A stretch of DNA of 64,000 nt from Chiloscyllium plagiosum (GCF_004010195.1 NC_057750.1:10832601-10896600), one strand, 5' to 3'. Numbered from the stretch's first letter, positions 13,031 through 26,268 are shown. Numbers and translations: made by a program. Notes: generated from the sequence alone by a model not told the origin.

Positions 13031-13429
13031 TGACTGAATGCAATATTACAGTTCATGCTGAAGCAGTGTTTTATATAGGTTTAGCATACATTCCTTAAGA
13101 TGGAGTTCTGATCAGACCAGCTCTGAAGCAATGCCTTCAGTTCTGTTCAATAAGCATATATAGGCCTTGGAGAGGGTGCAGTTCAGACTCACCCATATAA
13201 ACATACAATTACAGAAGTGTTATAGTGCAGAGGAGGCCATTCAGCCCATCACTTAAAACAATTAAATCATGAGAATAAATTGTGTGGACTTAGCTTGAGT
13301 TCTTTCAAGTATTGAAGATTCTGGGGTAATTTAATCAATGAATTTAAGGTGAAGAAAAACTATTTCCTCCGGTGCATGTAGCCAAGAACAGGAAATTAAA
13401 TCATAAAATTAGAATTAGTCTGCTGAGTG

Positions 13430-13945
13430 ATACAAACAAAAGAATTAGTAATAGAAGTTGGCCACTTTTTCTCTTCCAGCCTGCTCCTCCGCTGCATGTC
13501 AAAAATCTATACATCTCTGCTTTTAAAATATTTGAAGACTCTGTTTCCACCCTTTTGAGAAAATGAGTTAGAAAACTTTGTGACCCTCTGGGAAAATATT
13601 CTCTTTATCTGTATTGAATGGTCAATCCCTTTTAAACTCTGACCCCTCATTCTTGATTCTCTTACAAGAGGAAACATCCTCTCCACTTCCTCCCTGTGGG
13701 CACCCCTCATGACCTTATATGTTTCAGTCAAGTCACCTTCTACTCTTCTAAACTCCAGTGGATACAGGCCTAGCCTGTCCAACCTTTCCTCAAAAGACAA
13801 GCCATTCATTTCAAATATTAGTCTAGCAGATCTTCTCTGAACTGCTTCCAACACACTTTCTTTAATAAGGTGACAATACTGTATTCGAGATTTGATTTCC
13901 CTATTTTTGTATTCAATTCTAATTAGAATAAAGAATAATATTCTA
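13430..13945 (-). mobile_element. CR1 LINE fragment
   Basis: LEAVQRR...ERLDRLGLYPLEFRRVEGDLTETYK. Confidence 0.8.
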
Positions 13946-13946
13946 T

Positions 13947-14220
13947 CAGATTAGATTCCCTACAGTGTGGAAACAGGCCCTTCAGCCCAACCAGTCCACA
14001 CCAACCCTCCGAAGAGTAACCCACCCAGACCCATTTCCTTAATGCACCTAACACTATGACCTGCACATCTTTGGACTATGGGAGGAAACCGGAGTACCCG
14101 GACAAAACCCACACAGACACAGGGAGAATATGCAAACTCCACACAGACCAAGGCTGGAATTAAACCTGGGACCCTAGTGCTGTGAGGCAACAGTTCTAAC
14201 CACTGAGCCACCGTGCCACC
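13947..14220 (-). mobile_element. HE1-like V-SINE
   Basis: Reverse complement of ggtggcacggtggctcagtggttag...gaagggcctgtttccacactgtagggaatctaatct. Confidence 0.85.
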
Positions 14221-14647
14221 CTATTAGTTTTCCTGATTGATGTCAAGCAGCACGCTTACGCAAAAGGTGGTGGTAATCTGGAAATCTATCCCTTGAAAAG
14301 AGCAATTGGGCATGCCTCTGTATTCCAGTTCAAATTTTCTAAGCCATTGATAAGGGTTATGCAACCAAGGTAGTTAAATGGTGTTAAGATACACAGCAAG
14401 CATAATTTCATTCCATTACAGAACAGATTTGATGGACTGAAAGGCCTATATAGCTCTGAGAACTCAAGGCCCACTTTAAGGTCATATATTCTGAGCTCAT
14501 TTTGACATATTTCCATAACAAATTTTATTTCTGAAGAAGGGTCACTGAACCCAAAACTTTAGCTCTGATTTCTCTCCACACATGCTACCAGATCTGCTGA
14601 GTTTTTCCAGCAATTTATGTTTGTGTTTCTATTTCCATGTGTGTTAT

Positions 14648-14750
14648 GGAGTCAGAGCTGGAAATGTGTTGCTGGAAAAGCGCAGCAGGTCAGGCAGCAT
14701 CCAGGGAACAGGAGAATCGACGTTTCGGGCATAAGCCCTTCTTCAGGAAG
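14648..14750 (-). mobile_element. Short Penelope-like terminal fragment with intact hammerhead core
   Basis: Minus strand reads ttcctgaagaagggcttatgcccgaaacgtcgattctcctg...ctgctgcgcttttccagcaacac. Confidence 0.75.
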
Positions 14751-16859
14751 TCACCCCATGTAAGCTGATTATGCTCTTATTAACTCCTACACTACAGTGC
14801 CCCTGCTTGTTTGGAGTGTGCAAGAAAAGTGTGACAAGTTTACATGTGTAGTTACTATTATAAATATTGATATAAAAATTTATAAGGAAAGAAAACTGGT
14901 AGGATGTATATGCAGAATGAAGTGGTGGATATTTCATCGCAAGCCTAGACAGAGCCTTGATGAAGTCTCAGGTAAAGTATCTGTAAAAGTTTTACTTGCA
15001 GAAAGTCAGTATGTTGAGTGTAGGAGACATGTGTGGTGTTTGGAAAATAAAGACAGGTATCTGGAGGCATTAGTAAAATTCTTTATTCACTATTTACATT
15101 GTGGTTCTATACATTGCAAACATTCAAAACACAGAGGGCAATACCATTGACATGAGACGACAGGAACTTTGATAATACTGAACCAATGCACAACTTGAGG
15201 GATCAAAGATTGGTTACACTGAGTATCTAAACAAACCAGTGACTGTGTTTGGTTAGTCATGAAACACCACTGTGTATTCTTGGAAAATAAAAATCAAAAG
15301 TCAGGGTGTACATTTTTGCAAAGAAACCACTGCATCTTAGATCAAGTGGGGATGGGTGGGGACACTGTTTTTAAAGTCTATAAACCTTCAGTAATCATCT
15401 ATGCTATATGAATACAAACACAAATCATTTTAATTTGGGGATGCAGATGAAAAAAGGCAGCTCACATCTGGGGTGTGGTTTATGTATGAGCAAATACAGT
15501 AGATCAGCCTCTTTCTGTGCAGTCACTGGCTGTCTGGACCCCATGAGAAAGCCACACAGCCACACACACATACACACACACACAGACACACCCCAAACAA
15601 ATGTACAGCATTATAAAAGTTTTCAGAATTTCCTCATTTCAAAAATATTACTACATGTCAAACTCTTAGTGCAATTCTAAAAGAATCAAAATTTTGGCTA
15701 GGTCAGAGACCTAATGAGGAATATTCCCTCTGATTCACCCAGCACGATCAGATTAAAGAAGGGACATTTACTTTTTTGTTGTTGGCTCTTTTACCCTCCT
15801 CTGCCCCCCAACACCAACACCAACAACCACGTTCCCTTGCCCAATAAGCTGTGCACATTGAGCCTTGAGCCTGACTATGTGTCCCAACTGCTCATTGGCT
15901 TTTATGACCAACTGAAATTGCCTCTTTGCCACTACAGCAGCTTGGGAAACACTGCCAGACCGAAAGTCTGAAGAAGCACTTCCGCAAGACAATCGAAAAT
16001 TTGACTCTCATCCTATTCTCTGTTTACAATATCATGCCAAGACATTTTGGCACAAAAACTGAAGCATTCAAGAAGGCATTGGATGATTATTTGGATAGAA
16101 ATAGTGTGCAAGGGGAAAAAAAAGCAGTGGATTAGCTCTAGGTAGTGATGCTTATTTAATGAGCTGTTGCATGGCTTCTTTCTGCACTGTAACAATTCTG
16201 TAATTCTGAAAAATGTTCACAGCTCTCACTACTTGGATCAAAGTTTGAACTCATTAAAACTAAACAGTGAGGAAAAAGAAGAGTTGGATGGGCTCTGAGC
16301 TCAACTAAGTCATCAACACTGACTTTCTTATCACAGCCCCAAGACCAACCCAAGCTCCCATGATGGGATTTGAACCTTAAAAATGATGCTTTAGATTTCA
16401 GAATTCTATAACTAAAAATGACTTTAACATTGAGAATACATATTGGGTACAGTGCTGCTGTCCCATACATTCTAGAAAGGGGCCACATTAGAAATCCTCT
16501 TCATGGGCCTTTTAAAAAATAATTTCTGACCAACCTGTTCAGTGATATTATTATACAGCTCTATACATCCAGACCTCCTGGCTCAGAGGGAGGGACACAA
16601 CTGCTGTGCCACAAGATACCAATATGGGCTTTCTTTTCCCTCAAATATCCCTTAGTTCACAGCTGCACTCAATATTGTTTCCACATCGAGTTCCTGTCTC
16701 AGTAATCATATCAATTGAAACAACCTATAAATGGAATCAAAGTAGTAAAGAAACCTCAAGAGATACAATCTAGCTTGATGTATTGTGTCCACTGATTTTC
16801 TCGCTTATGGTCTTTCCTGGGTTCATGTTGTGGATGGTAGAAGAATTTCCATTTAAATT

Positions 16860-17270
16860 GAGTCTGCAAGGATCACTGAACTTCTCAAACCATTTTACAG
16901 CCATTGAGGTATGTTTTAGTAGAGTTACTGTTGAAATATAGGACATGAGGCAGCTAATTTGTGCACAGCAAGCTCCCATGAACAGCAATGGGGGAATGAT
17001 CGGATACTCCATTATGATGTTACTCAAGGAATAGAGTCATAGAATAGATATTAGCCAGGACATTGGGGAGAGCTGAAATATCCAGCCAAGCATGCAGGTA
17101 GATGCAGTTTCAGTTTAATGTCTAAACTGAAAGACGGTACCTGGGACAGCGCTGTGCTCCCTCAGTACTGCACTGGAGAATCAGCATTAATTTGTAAACT
17201 GAAGTGCGACTTGAAACCAGAGATTTGTGACTTGGGGGCAAGGTTGCTACCAACCGAACCACAGCTCACA
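16860..17270 (-). mobile_element. Deu-domain SINE
   Basis: gcacagcaagctccca...ctcagtactgcactggag; similar copies at about 29250-29530, 33880-34130, 39030-39430, 48215-48550, 56230-56580 and 61900-62190. Confidence 0.7.
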
Positions 17271-18699
17271 TCCTACTGAAAATATTGAGATTTCTGGTTG
17301 TGTTGTCAAATAATGAGACTGTCAAGAAAGTTTGTCACGACCCATTATTGTAAAAAGGATTCCATTATATCTACCCAATTACTGTTCATTTGCAGTGAAA
17401 GCAGCACTACATCACAGTATTCAGATGGTGGATATGTGCAGTTCCTGCCTGTATACCACCAGCCCTCTTTTTAAAGATATTTACCAAGGGTGTCAGAGAT
17501 TTTGTTTCAATAAGATTCAAATATAAAAGTAAGGTTATGCCTGTTTGCTGGGTATTATAATTGAGCTTGCAGTTATCTGGGACATTTTTTCACACCCCTA
17601 AAATGATCTGTCTACATCAGAACAAACCCACACCTTCTCCAACAGGGCAGACAGCTGGCAAGGTAAACAACACCGATACTGCTTTTAAAATGAAACACTT
17701 TACCACCTTCCTCCACATACAAGCAGATGCTGTGTACTAGTGGAGGTTTTGTGCTAGGTTTCCTAAAGCAGGGGAAAGAATGGCTTAGTGATAAGGTTAT
17801 AACACGATTAATCCTGAGGTTCAGACAATTGTTTGTGGGTCTTGAGTTCATAACCAGCAGGTGAATTTGAATGAAACCTGATCTTAGGTTAAAATATTAC
17901 CAATTGTTGGGGTGGGGAGAGACATCTGGTTCATTTAGGGAGATTAGATAAGGAAATCTCAATTTCTACCTGGTCTGGTCTATATATGACTCCAGATCTA
18001 CAGAAATCTAGGTGACTCTTAACTGCACTCTGAAATGGTCTTTGCAAAGCACTCAGTTCAGAAGCAATAGGGGTGGGCTACAAATGTTGACATTGCCAGT
18101 CAGTGATGGTCGTGAAAGATCAAATTTGGAAAAAGGTAACTAGTTGACATCAGTCATGGCCTGAGCTATCCATAATCTGAGACACCAAACCATAGATCAT
18201 TAAACACTTGTCATTAATAGTTCAGTGCTGTCCTTGTCCTGGTAAACCACATTCCAGCTATTGATTGCTTGCTAGAGATACTGATTATAAATAATCTAAC
18301 AATCCAAGGAAGACTAGGTAGCAATAGACTGACCCCACTTTTGAATCTTTGATGTTATATCTGGAGTTTAGCTTGCTTAGGTTGCCGATAAATAGTTGAC
18401 ATTCTGCCTTGAAATGAAAGTGCATCTGCAGGGCAATTATCCTTCAGTTACTGGAAGTGTCACCTGGGTTCTGTATATGTTAAAGGGTCACAATGGTCTC
18501 TGAAACTTGACTGACCAGGGCCTGCTTTTGCACTTCAGCAGGCCTTGACCCTTGCGTTTGATGCTTTTCACTTTGGTATCTTTGAGATCACATAACAATA
18601 ACAAACTACATTTATATAGCACTTCTTAAGCACAGTAAAACTGTCCTGAGGTATTTCACTGAAGTATTAATAGAGAAACTTGGAGAACAACAACAAAAT

Positions 18700-19065
18700 A
18701 GCAAAGTGATGATATCTTCGTATCTTCAGAGCTAGTAATCCAGGAGGTCTTGCTAATGATCTGTAGACGTTAGTTCAAATCCCACTGTAGCATCTACTGG
18801 AATTTAAATTCAATTTTTAAAAAGGTTCTGTGATTAAAAACTGCCCTCAATAATGGTGGCCATGGCAAGTATAATTAATTGTTATTAAAACCCACCTAGT
18901 TCACCAATGCCAGTTAGGGAAGGAAATCTTCCATCCTTACTCGGTCTGGTCTACATGTGACTCAGTGGCTGACTCTTTACCCTCCTCAAAGGGTAATTGG
19001 AGATGGGCAATGAATCTTGGCCTTACAGTGATGCTCACATCCCATGAATGAATTTGCATTAAAAA
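18700..19065 (+). mobile_element. LF-SINE-like element
   Basis: ttcaccaatgccagttagggaaggaaatct...ggtctacatgtgactc...cacatcccatgaatgaat. Similar copies at about 17860-18120, 20790-21250, 26660-26980, 32320-32700, 42730-43150, 45150-45443, 46000-46345 and 63280-63620. Confidence 0.7.
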
Positions 19066-20506
19066 CAACTGATTCCAAGTCAGAGGGAAGAGACTAGGCA
19101 GAGTTACCAAAGGCTTGGTCAAAGAGGTAGGTTTTAAGAAATGTTGGGAGAAATGTGTTCCAGAATCTAGGATCAAGCCTCAATGGTGGTCAGAAGAAAA
19201 TCAGAGATGTGCAAGAGGCTTAACTTGGAGCAACATCAAGATTTAGGAACATTCTACAGCTGAAGGAGGTACAGACATTGGGAGGGCCCAGGTCTTGGAG
19301 GGTTATATACTTGGAAAATCATCAAATAATGCGATTTTACTCTTACAGTCACTTCTGAGTTCAAACAGCCAACTCTTGACCAAACCAAACGCATGGGACA
19401 TGGTGCCAAACAGGAACTAGCAGCTGCATGTTGGATGGACAAATAAAATGGGGGCAATGTGGTACTCTCAATATACTTTGGTTAGCAATTCAAACTTCCG
19501 TCCTCTTGGTGAGATCTTGGTAACAGTAGCAACTGAGCTAATTCAGTAGCAACACAAAGTAATGTTGGGTTACACACTGTTAAAGTCATCACATTCTCTT
19601 ACAACACCTACACTTGGTTAGATTGAATGGTGTGGGAATGGGCGGGGATGAGAGTCAAAGTAATTAAATCCTTTACATATCTCCACTAATGGGGATAAAC
19701 AGAGGCATGTTACTAAAGGATTGCCGGTGGTTAGGGCGAAGTTCTACAACTGCATCATTCAATTATTTAACTCAAGAAGACAAGAAAAAGGAGCAGAAGC
19801 CCATTCAGCCCTTCAAGTTTGCTCTAACATTCAATCAGATTATTGCAGATCAACTCTACTTTCCTGTGTACAACTTCATAAACTGGGTCTCTCTTGTCAA
19901 TCAACAATCTGTCTAACTCTGCGCTGAACATATTCAATGACCCAGTCTCTACTGATGTCTGGGGAAGAGAATTCCAAAAGTGAATGACCTACATGGAGAA
20001 AAAGAATTCACCTCATTCCACCTTGAACACTGGACATGACATATGTCATCAGTTCCAATGACTTCAGACCTCAACACACACCAAATACAAAGCCATTTGC
20101 CAAATGCCAACCCTCTGATGCCTGGAGCTTCCAGGATGTGATTATCAATCTCCAGGACACTGTTGTTTGCAAATCTGGAGAAAAATCATTGATACATCAG
20201 GAAGATTGTGGGGTTTTTTTTTGTCATTGTCTTGGCACGTTTCACCTTACCAGATATAAAAATATTGAAAACATGGGAAATAGCTGTTTGGCTGACTGTC
20301 AGGTTTCATCCAAATGGCTGAGTCTTTTTTGCTTTCTGATTGGCCTTTCTGCAATGAGGATGGATGTGTTGGACCACCAATGGCTGAAGCCTGGGAGCAA
20401 GGGCAAGTCATGTGTGAAACCTCCAGGACTAATATTAATCATTGTTGGCAACCCAAAAAGCTATTAGCCAATGAGTTCATTTTCACTGATCAAATTCATT
20501 TTTTTT

Positions 20507-20614
20507 TCTGGATTATCTATTTGCCTGTCTAAAGTCCCTGATGCTTCTCCTATGTCCTTGTCTGGATTATCTATTTGCCTGTCTAAAGTCCCTGATGCTT
20601 CTCCTATGTCCTTG
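20507..20614. repeat. Perfect 54-bp tandem duplication
   Basis: tctggattatctatttgcctgtctaaagtccctgatgcttctcctatgtccttg occurs twice, at 20507-20560 and 20561-20614. Confidence 0.95.
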
Positions 20615-22475
20615 GAAGGCTCCTGCCCTCTGGTTTCTGACTTTTGACCATACAGCAGAAACTCGAGATCTTCAGATTCTTTACCCTTGTTGCTGCTGCC
20701 CTGTGATGGGAGATAAATCCAGAACCTTCCATTTGCAGCTGGTTCTGAGTGACAGTGAGAAATTCATAGTACAAAAAATAGTGAAATGGTGATGTAATGG
20801 TAACATCACTCGTCCACTAATCCAGAGGCTGGGACCAGTGCTGGGAACAAATTTCCACTAAAACATTAAATTCATTTCATAAAATCTGGAATTGAAAGCT
20901 AATCATCAGTAATGTCAACCATGAAATCATTGTTTATTGTAAACACCTGTCAGGTTCACTAAGGTCCTTTAGGGAAGGAAATCTGCCATCTTTATCTAAT
21001 CTGGGCCCAGATTCTGTTAGAATGATATATACCCTTCCTTAAAGCGCATTAATGAAACCGATGGGTTTTTTTTTAAAACAACAACTGACAGTAGTTTTAC
21101 AATCACTGATGCTGAGACTAGCATTCAATTCCAGTTTTATTGATTGAATTTAAATGTCACCACTTGCAGTGGTGGGATTTGAACCGATGTCCCCAAACAG
21201 TTAACCGGGGCTGGCTGGTTACTAACCCAGTATCAGTGCCACCATCTCCCTGCAAAGTTCAAACATTGAAACAATCATTTTAAGATGCCCCTACATATCG
21301 TCACATGAAGGACATGAAGTTGCATGGATAAGTGGTGGAGATGGAGGACAACTTGTTGAGGGTGTTGTCCGTGCACCAACTTAATCTTCTCAATGTTCAA
21401 TTCTATCAGAACATCCAAGAATAAGAATAATGGAGGAAAGTTAATCATGAACAAATTCCATCCTTCAACCCAAGAAATACTGTATAAAAAGGAGAACTGA
21501 TGCACAATTTCATCAAGAAACAATTAGTTTTAGAAACACATACGCTTATTTGGCAGCACGTATTTCTTGAGTCAACATGCCAGATTGAGGCCTTTATCCT
21601 GTTTGCAGCCTAAGACCCAGAAATAAATACTCAGAATAGATGGTGTTAACCAGGAGTTTGATTTTCAATCTTCCTGAATAGGCCCATCCTCAAGTCCTTG
21701 TTGTCTTGATGAAATCCACTTTTGGTATGTTTTGAAATGGCTTCACAGTCCTCTTCAAGTTAATGTTGGAAGTATTTAGTCTGTCATGGTGTAACCATCT
21801 TTTCTCCTGTTGTTATTTTTGTTTTTTGAATCTTTTCTCCTGTCAGGCTAAGGCCTAAGGCCCAACCTTGAGGCAACACACTCATCAAAATGCTGCCCAG
21901 GGGAGAATTATAAAGTTCATGTAATGACTCTCTGCCTTTTAATCAGCTGCCTAAAGTTTTTGAACCAGTTTGGGAGGCAGCTGAATCATTTTTTTAAAAT
22001 GTAAAAGCACAATGAGACACTTCTATTGTGAAGACACTTCTATTATCGGCCCGTGATTCAATGCTGCGTTCAAGGTCAAGAGATCAGGGCCTAGTGTAGA
22101 AGGTGGCAATCAATTGAACTACATGGAGCAGATTCTGGGACAAACCAGATTGAAAAGACCCCTAGATTTATAAATTATCAGAACACCGATCATTTAAAAA
22201 TATAAAAACACTGAAATGCAGTCTCCAACTTAGCTGGAGCTGGAATTCTGGAGCCTGGAACGGTGTAGACATGAGTCAGATTGTCCAGTGTGGTCTGGCA
22301 GGAATTAGTGGACAACATTCTGAATATAAAAAGACAAACAGAAAGCCTCTATTTTCACAATTTGACGTGTGCTGAATATGTTCGTGCAGATGTAATCCAC
22401 CTGGAGGCTTATGAGTTGGTTCGACTTTGGCTCTAGATTTTGCTGGCACTGGACCCTCTTTGCTCGGCTGGACCT

Positions 22476-22634
22476 TCAACTGCACTTGCATGACTTCACA
22501 ACCATGTTGGAGAGTTTCTCCACTTTGGGCTGCCGACCCACATAGTAGAGAATAGGCAGAGGTTCCAGGACGTGGGGGACACAGCAAGGAGATGCGGAGC
22601 CTCCAGGGTTGTGCAAGTTGTACAGAGCCAAGAC
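22476..22634 (-). CDS. TGFB1: TGF-beta1 coding exon 7 (mature domain C-terminus and stop)
   Basis: Polypyrimidine tract then ttacag|GT; 159 nt. Reads [62 protein letters not shown] and KNCCVR match TGF-beta1 better than beta2 or beta3. Confidence 0.97.
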   Translation of the reverse strand, partial: VLALYNLHNPGGSASPCCVPHVLEPLPILYYVGRQPKVEKLSNMVVKSCKCS

Positions 22635-23174
22635 CTGTAAAAGAAGGGGAGAGAGAGAGAGAGGTGGGAACCTCATTAATTTTTTATATGCACAAGCACA
22701 TGGGCCAGCATTGGCAATGACACTGCCAGGACCAGAGTGGCCTCCAACATGCTGCACCTGAATGGCTTTCATTTGTCCTGCAATGACTGTACGTAGGGAA
22801 GATGTTTCCAATAGTGGAGAGACTACAAATAGCAGCTATGAACGTCAACAGTAAATTCAATTGGGAATTCAGGAGAAAATCCATCAGGCAAAAAGTGATG
22901 AGAATGTGGTGAAGTAATATTGATGCATTTATGGGGACGGTGGAGAGACAAGGGGTGAAAGGAGTAGATTGGTGGAAAGTATATGTGGGTATAAACAGCA
23001 GAATGGACCAGATTGGCTGAATAGCCTGTTTCCTTGTAACTCTGTCAAAAACAAATGCAGTTTACCTATCACATAGTTAACAAGCTGTCATGGCTGTAAG
23101 AGCACTGTGTGAAATACTTTTGGGCAGTGTCAATTCTGATCTTGGTTCTCAACTTTGTAAACAGTCTTGTATTT

Positions 23175-24050
23175 AACTCAGTGCTATCCTTGTCCTTGGG
23201 GTGTTTGATGAGGACAGTGTAGAGGGTACTTTACTCTGTATCTATCCCCATGCAGTCCATCTCCTGGGTGTGTTTAAGGGGACACTGGAAAGAAAGGTTT
23301 AGCTTCAATTTAAAACAACAGGGGATGTTTATTCTGTATTTAACCAGGCGCTGTACTTGTCATAGAGTTATACAACACGGAAACAGACCCTTCAATTCAA
23401 CTCATCTATTTCTAAACTGATCTAGTCCCATTTGCCAGCATTTGGCCTTTATCCCTCTAAATCCTTCCTTTCATGTACCCATCTAAATGTTGTAATTGTA
23501 TCCAATTCCACCACCTCCTCTATCAACTCATTCAATACATGTACCATTTCACTGCGTGAAAAAGTTCCCTTTTAAATCTTTCCCCTCTCACCTTAAACTT
23601 ACGCCCTCTACTTCTGGACTCCCCTACTCTTAGAAAAAGACTTTGGCTATCCCCTATCCATGCCCCTCATGATTTTATAAACTTCCAGACGGTCACCTCT
23701 CACCCTCTGACCCGCCAGGGAAAGAAGCCCTAGTCAATTCAGCCTCTTCCTCTTGGTCAAACCCTCTAATCCTGGCAACACCTTGTAAATCTTTTCTGAA
23801 CCCTTTCAAGTTTAACATCTTTCCTATCCTTGGCGCGTTTCATGGGCCAGTGCAGAGAGAGCTTTACTTTCAGTTTAAGTATCCAATCCCAAACTGTTCC
23901 TGTCCTGAGAGTGATGAGACAGTGTACAGAGACCTTTACTCTGTATCCACCCTCATGTTTTCCCTATCCTGGAAGTGTTTGATGGCAAAAGTGTACAGGG
24001 ATCTTCATTCTGTATTTAACCTCTTGCTGTACCTGTTCTGGGAGTTGGGC
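23175..24050 (-). repeat. ~65-70-bp satellite-like array with an inserted CR1 3' fragment (about 23360-23828)
   Basis: Units are the reverse complement of ctctacactgtccccatcaaacactcccaggacaggtacagcatggggttagatacagagtaaag, on both sides of a CR1 tail. Confidence 0.75.
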
Positions 24051-24886
24051 ATAATTTTTAAATTTAGAATTAAGCAGTTAATCAGGAAGCATTTCGTTTC
24101 ACACAGTAATGAGAATCTGGAACCCTGTCCCTCCAAAATCTGGGGACAATTGAAACTTTAAAGACTGATCCCAATAAATGTCTGTCAGATCGGGGAGTAT
24201 CTAGCAACAGGGGGCCAACAAGATAAAGGGAGTGACAGTGCAAATGAGCAATGATTTCAGTGAACAGAGTAACATGTTGGAGTGTCTAAATGGCATTCTT
24301 CTGTTTCTGTGCAGCAGGCTATCAAAGCTGGTGCCTGGCAACAGAAAGATACTCATGACCAGCTGGAAAACCCCAGCTCCATCAGAAACAGAAGGCAGTT
24401 TGGTTCAAACAGACTACGCTAAGGAAAATCAAATACAATAATGATAGTCGAAGAAATTCCTAGGGATTTCAGTGTGGGGAAAGCCCCCGTATATCTGCAG
24501 TATAAAGTTGGTGCACTTGTTAAATTTAGACATATCCAGGCCAAAGTGCTGACAGACTAATGTCAAGGTTACAAAGATCAATCTGTCATTTGCTTTTTCA
24601 AATTCCACTTGAATCATTGCTAACATTTAGCTCTCAGCTTCGACTCCTATCATTCTGTTTCAAAGCCACATAAAAGCTACATGCACGGTAGATTTATGCA
24701 ACTCATGGTCACAATATTCCTTTCAACACAAATAAAAATGTCTCTATGTGTTTCTGTGCCAGTGTGTTCATGACCCTCTGTAAGGGTGTGCGCGTATGTG
24801 TTTTTAACTACGTAGTTCAAGATATTAAAGATAACAGAATAATTTGGGCAAAATGTTTTGGATTAAAGTAGCCAAGAATAGCAGAG

Positions 24887-24973
24887 GAGAAAGTGAGGTC
24901 TGCAGATGCTGGAGATCAGAGCTGAAAATGTGTTGCTGGAAAAGCGCAGCACGTCAGGCAGCATCCAGGGAAC
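24887..24973 (-). mobile_element. Short Penelope-like terminal insertion with 12-bp TSD
   Basis: gagaaagtgagg...gcatccagggaac flanked by agaatagcagag at 24875-24886 and 24974-24985. Confidence 0.75.
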
Positions 24974-26268
24974 AGAATAGCAGAGCAGACTTGATGGGCC
25001 AAGTGGACTTATCCTGCTCCTATTTTTGATGTTTCAATGTATCAGTGTAGATGTGTGCCTCTGTGCCAGTGCATCCTTTTATTGTGGACAAGTGGCTCTG
25101 TGCCAGTGTGTACAGATTTCTGTGTGTCCATCCATCACATTGAAGGAATATAAACCACCCATCATCATTCTGCATTGAAACAAACCTCTTCTCTCCCCCG
25201 AGAAAGCCATAATTAAAAAAGGGGTTTCAAACCCAAATCTTTATCGAAAATAAAGTATTCAGCAGTTTAAGCTTTCTGAGTAGCATAATTTTGAATGCTC
25301 AGAATGGAAATTAATCAATAGGGAATTTCCATTCACCACAGGCCTTCCCTTTCAGATGCCTGACTACTCAGTGTCTAACCCCTAGTCAGCTCGAATCAGC
25401 CTTCATTATTTTATCTACAGGTTTCAGGATGAGCCCATCCTTCCTGTTCACAGCAGTGGCTGTTTGCAGAGGCCAGCTTATAGCCTTCTGTTGCAGGCTG
25501 AAGATGTCATATTGTCAATCAAAAATGCTGGACATCAGTTAAATATTGTACCATTACCCATTTCACTCTTCTCACTATCTGCAAAAGGCACAAGAGTTTG
25601 GAACGGGTGCAGAGGAGGCCTCAGGATTAATTCCCAAATTTAAAATTGCCAGCTGGACTCATCGACTTGGACCTGACACCAGGCGATTTCATTGAGACTT
25701 GTAAGATAATGATGAGAAAACATTGTGTGGGTATGGATAACCTTTTCAACTTATTAGGTTGGAAGGAATCAGTGTCACATTTCAAAGTTGTGGAAGGGCA
25801 GAACCATGTGAGTATCTTAAGTGGATGTTCAAAAAATATGTGGAAATAAATGAGGTCCATAAAATCACCTAGATCCAACTGGAATGTTGCTCTGTGCTGT
25901 GACGGTGGGGGAGCATGTGGCAGAGTGAATGTGACGGTGGGGGAGTGTGTGGAGCACTGTGTGTGATTGTGGAGAAGTCTGCGGGGGAGTGAGCATGATG
26001 TTGAGAGAGTGTGTGGGGGAGTGAGTATGACGGTGGGGGAGTGTTTGTCGAAACAGTGTTAAGGGATTGTGTACCGGAACTGCTGCTATTAATTACACTA
26101 AAGGCAGAACAAAACTGATGTAGTGAGCTGTTGTACGTGTGAATTTTGTAGGTTCTCGTAGCCAAGAATAGCAGAGTAGACTTGATGGGCAAAATGGAAC
26201 ATCCTGCTCCTATTTTTGATATTCCAGTGTATCAGTGTATATGTGTTTGAGATTCTCCTGATACTTAC

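Noticed and set aside
20100..20455. MITE with gccaac...gttggcaaccc termini
   Set aside because: The left terminus is too degenerate and no target duplication is visible.
21275..21523. 82-aa ORF downstream of TGFB1
   Set aside because: No ATG start or recognisable homology; probably 3' UTR or flanking sequence.
23175..24050. Regularly spaced repeats resembling a CRISPR array
   Set aside because: Eukaryotic context, degenerate head-to-tail units without unique spacers, and no cas genes.
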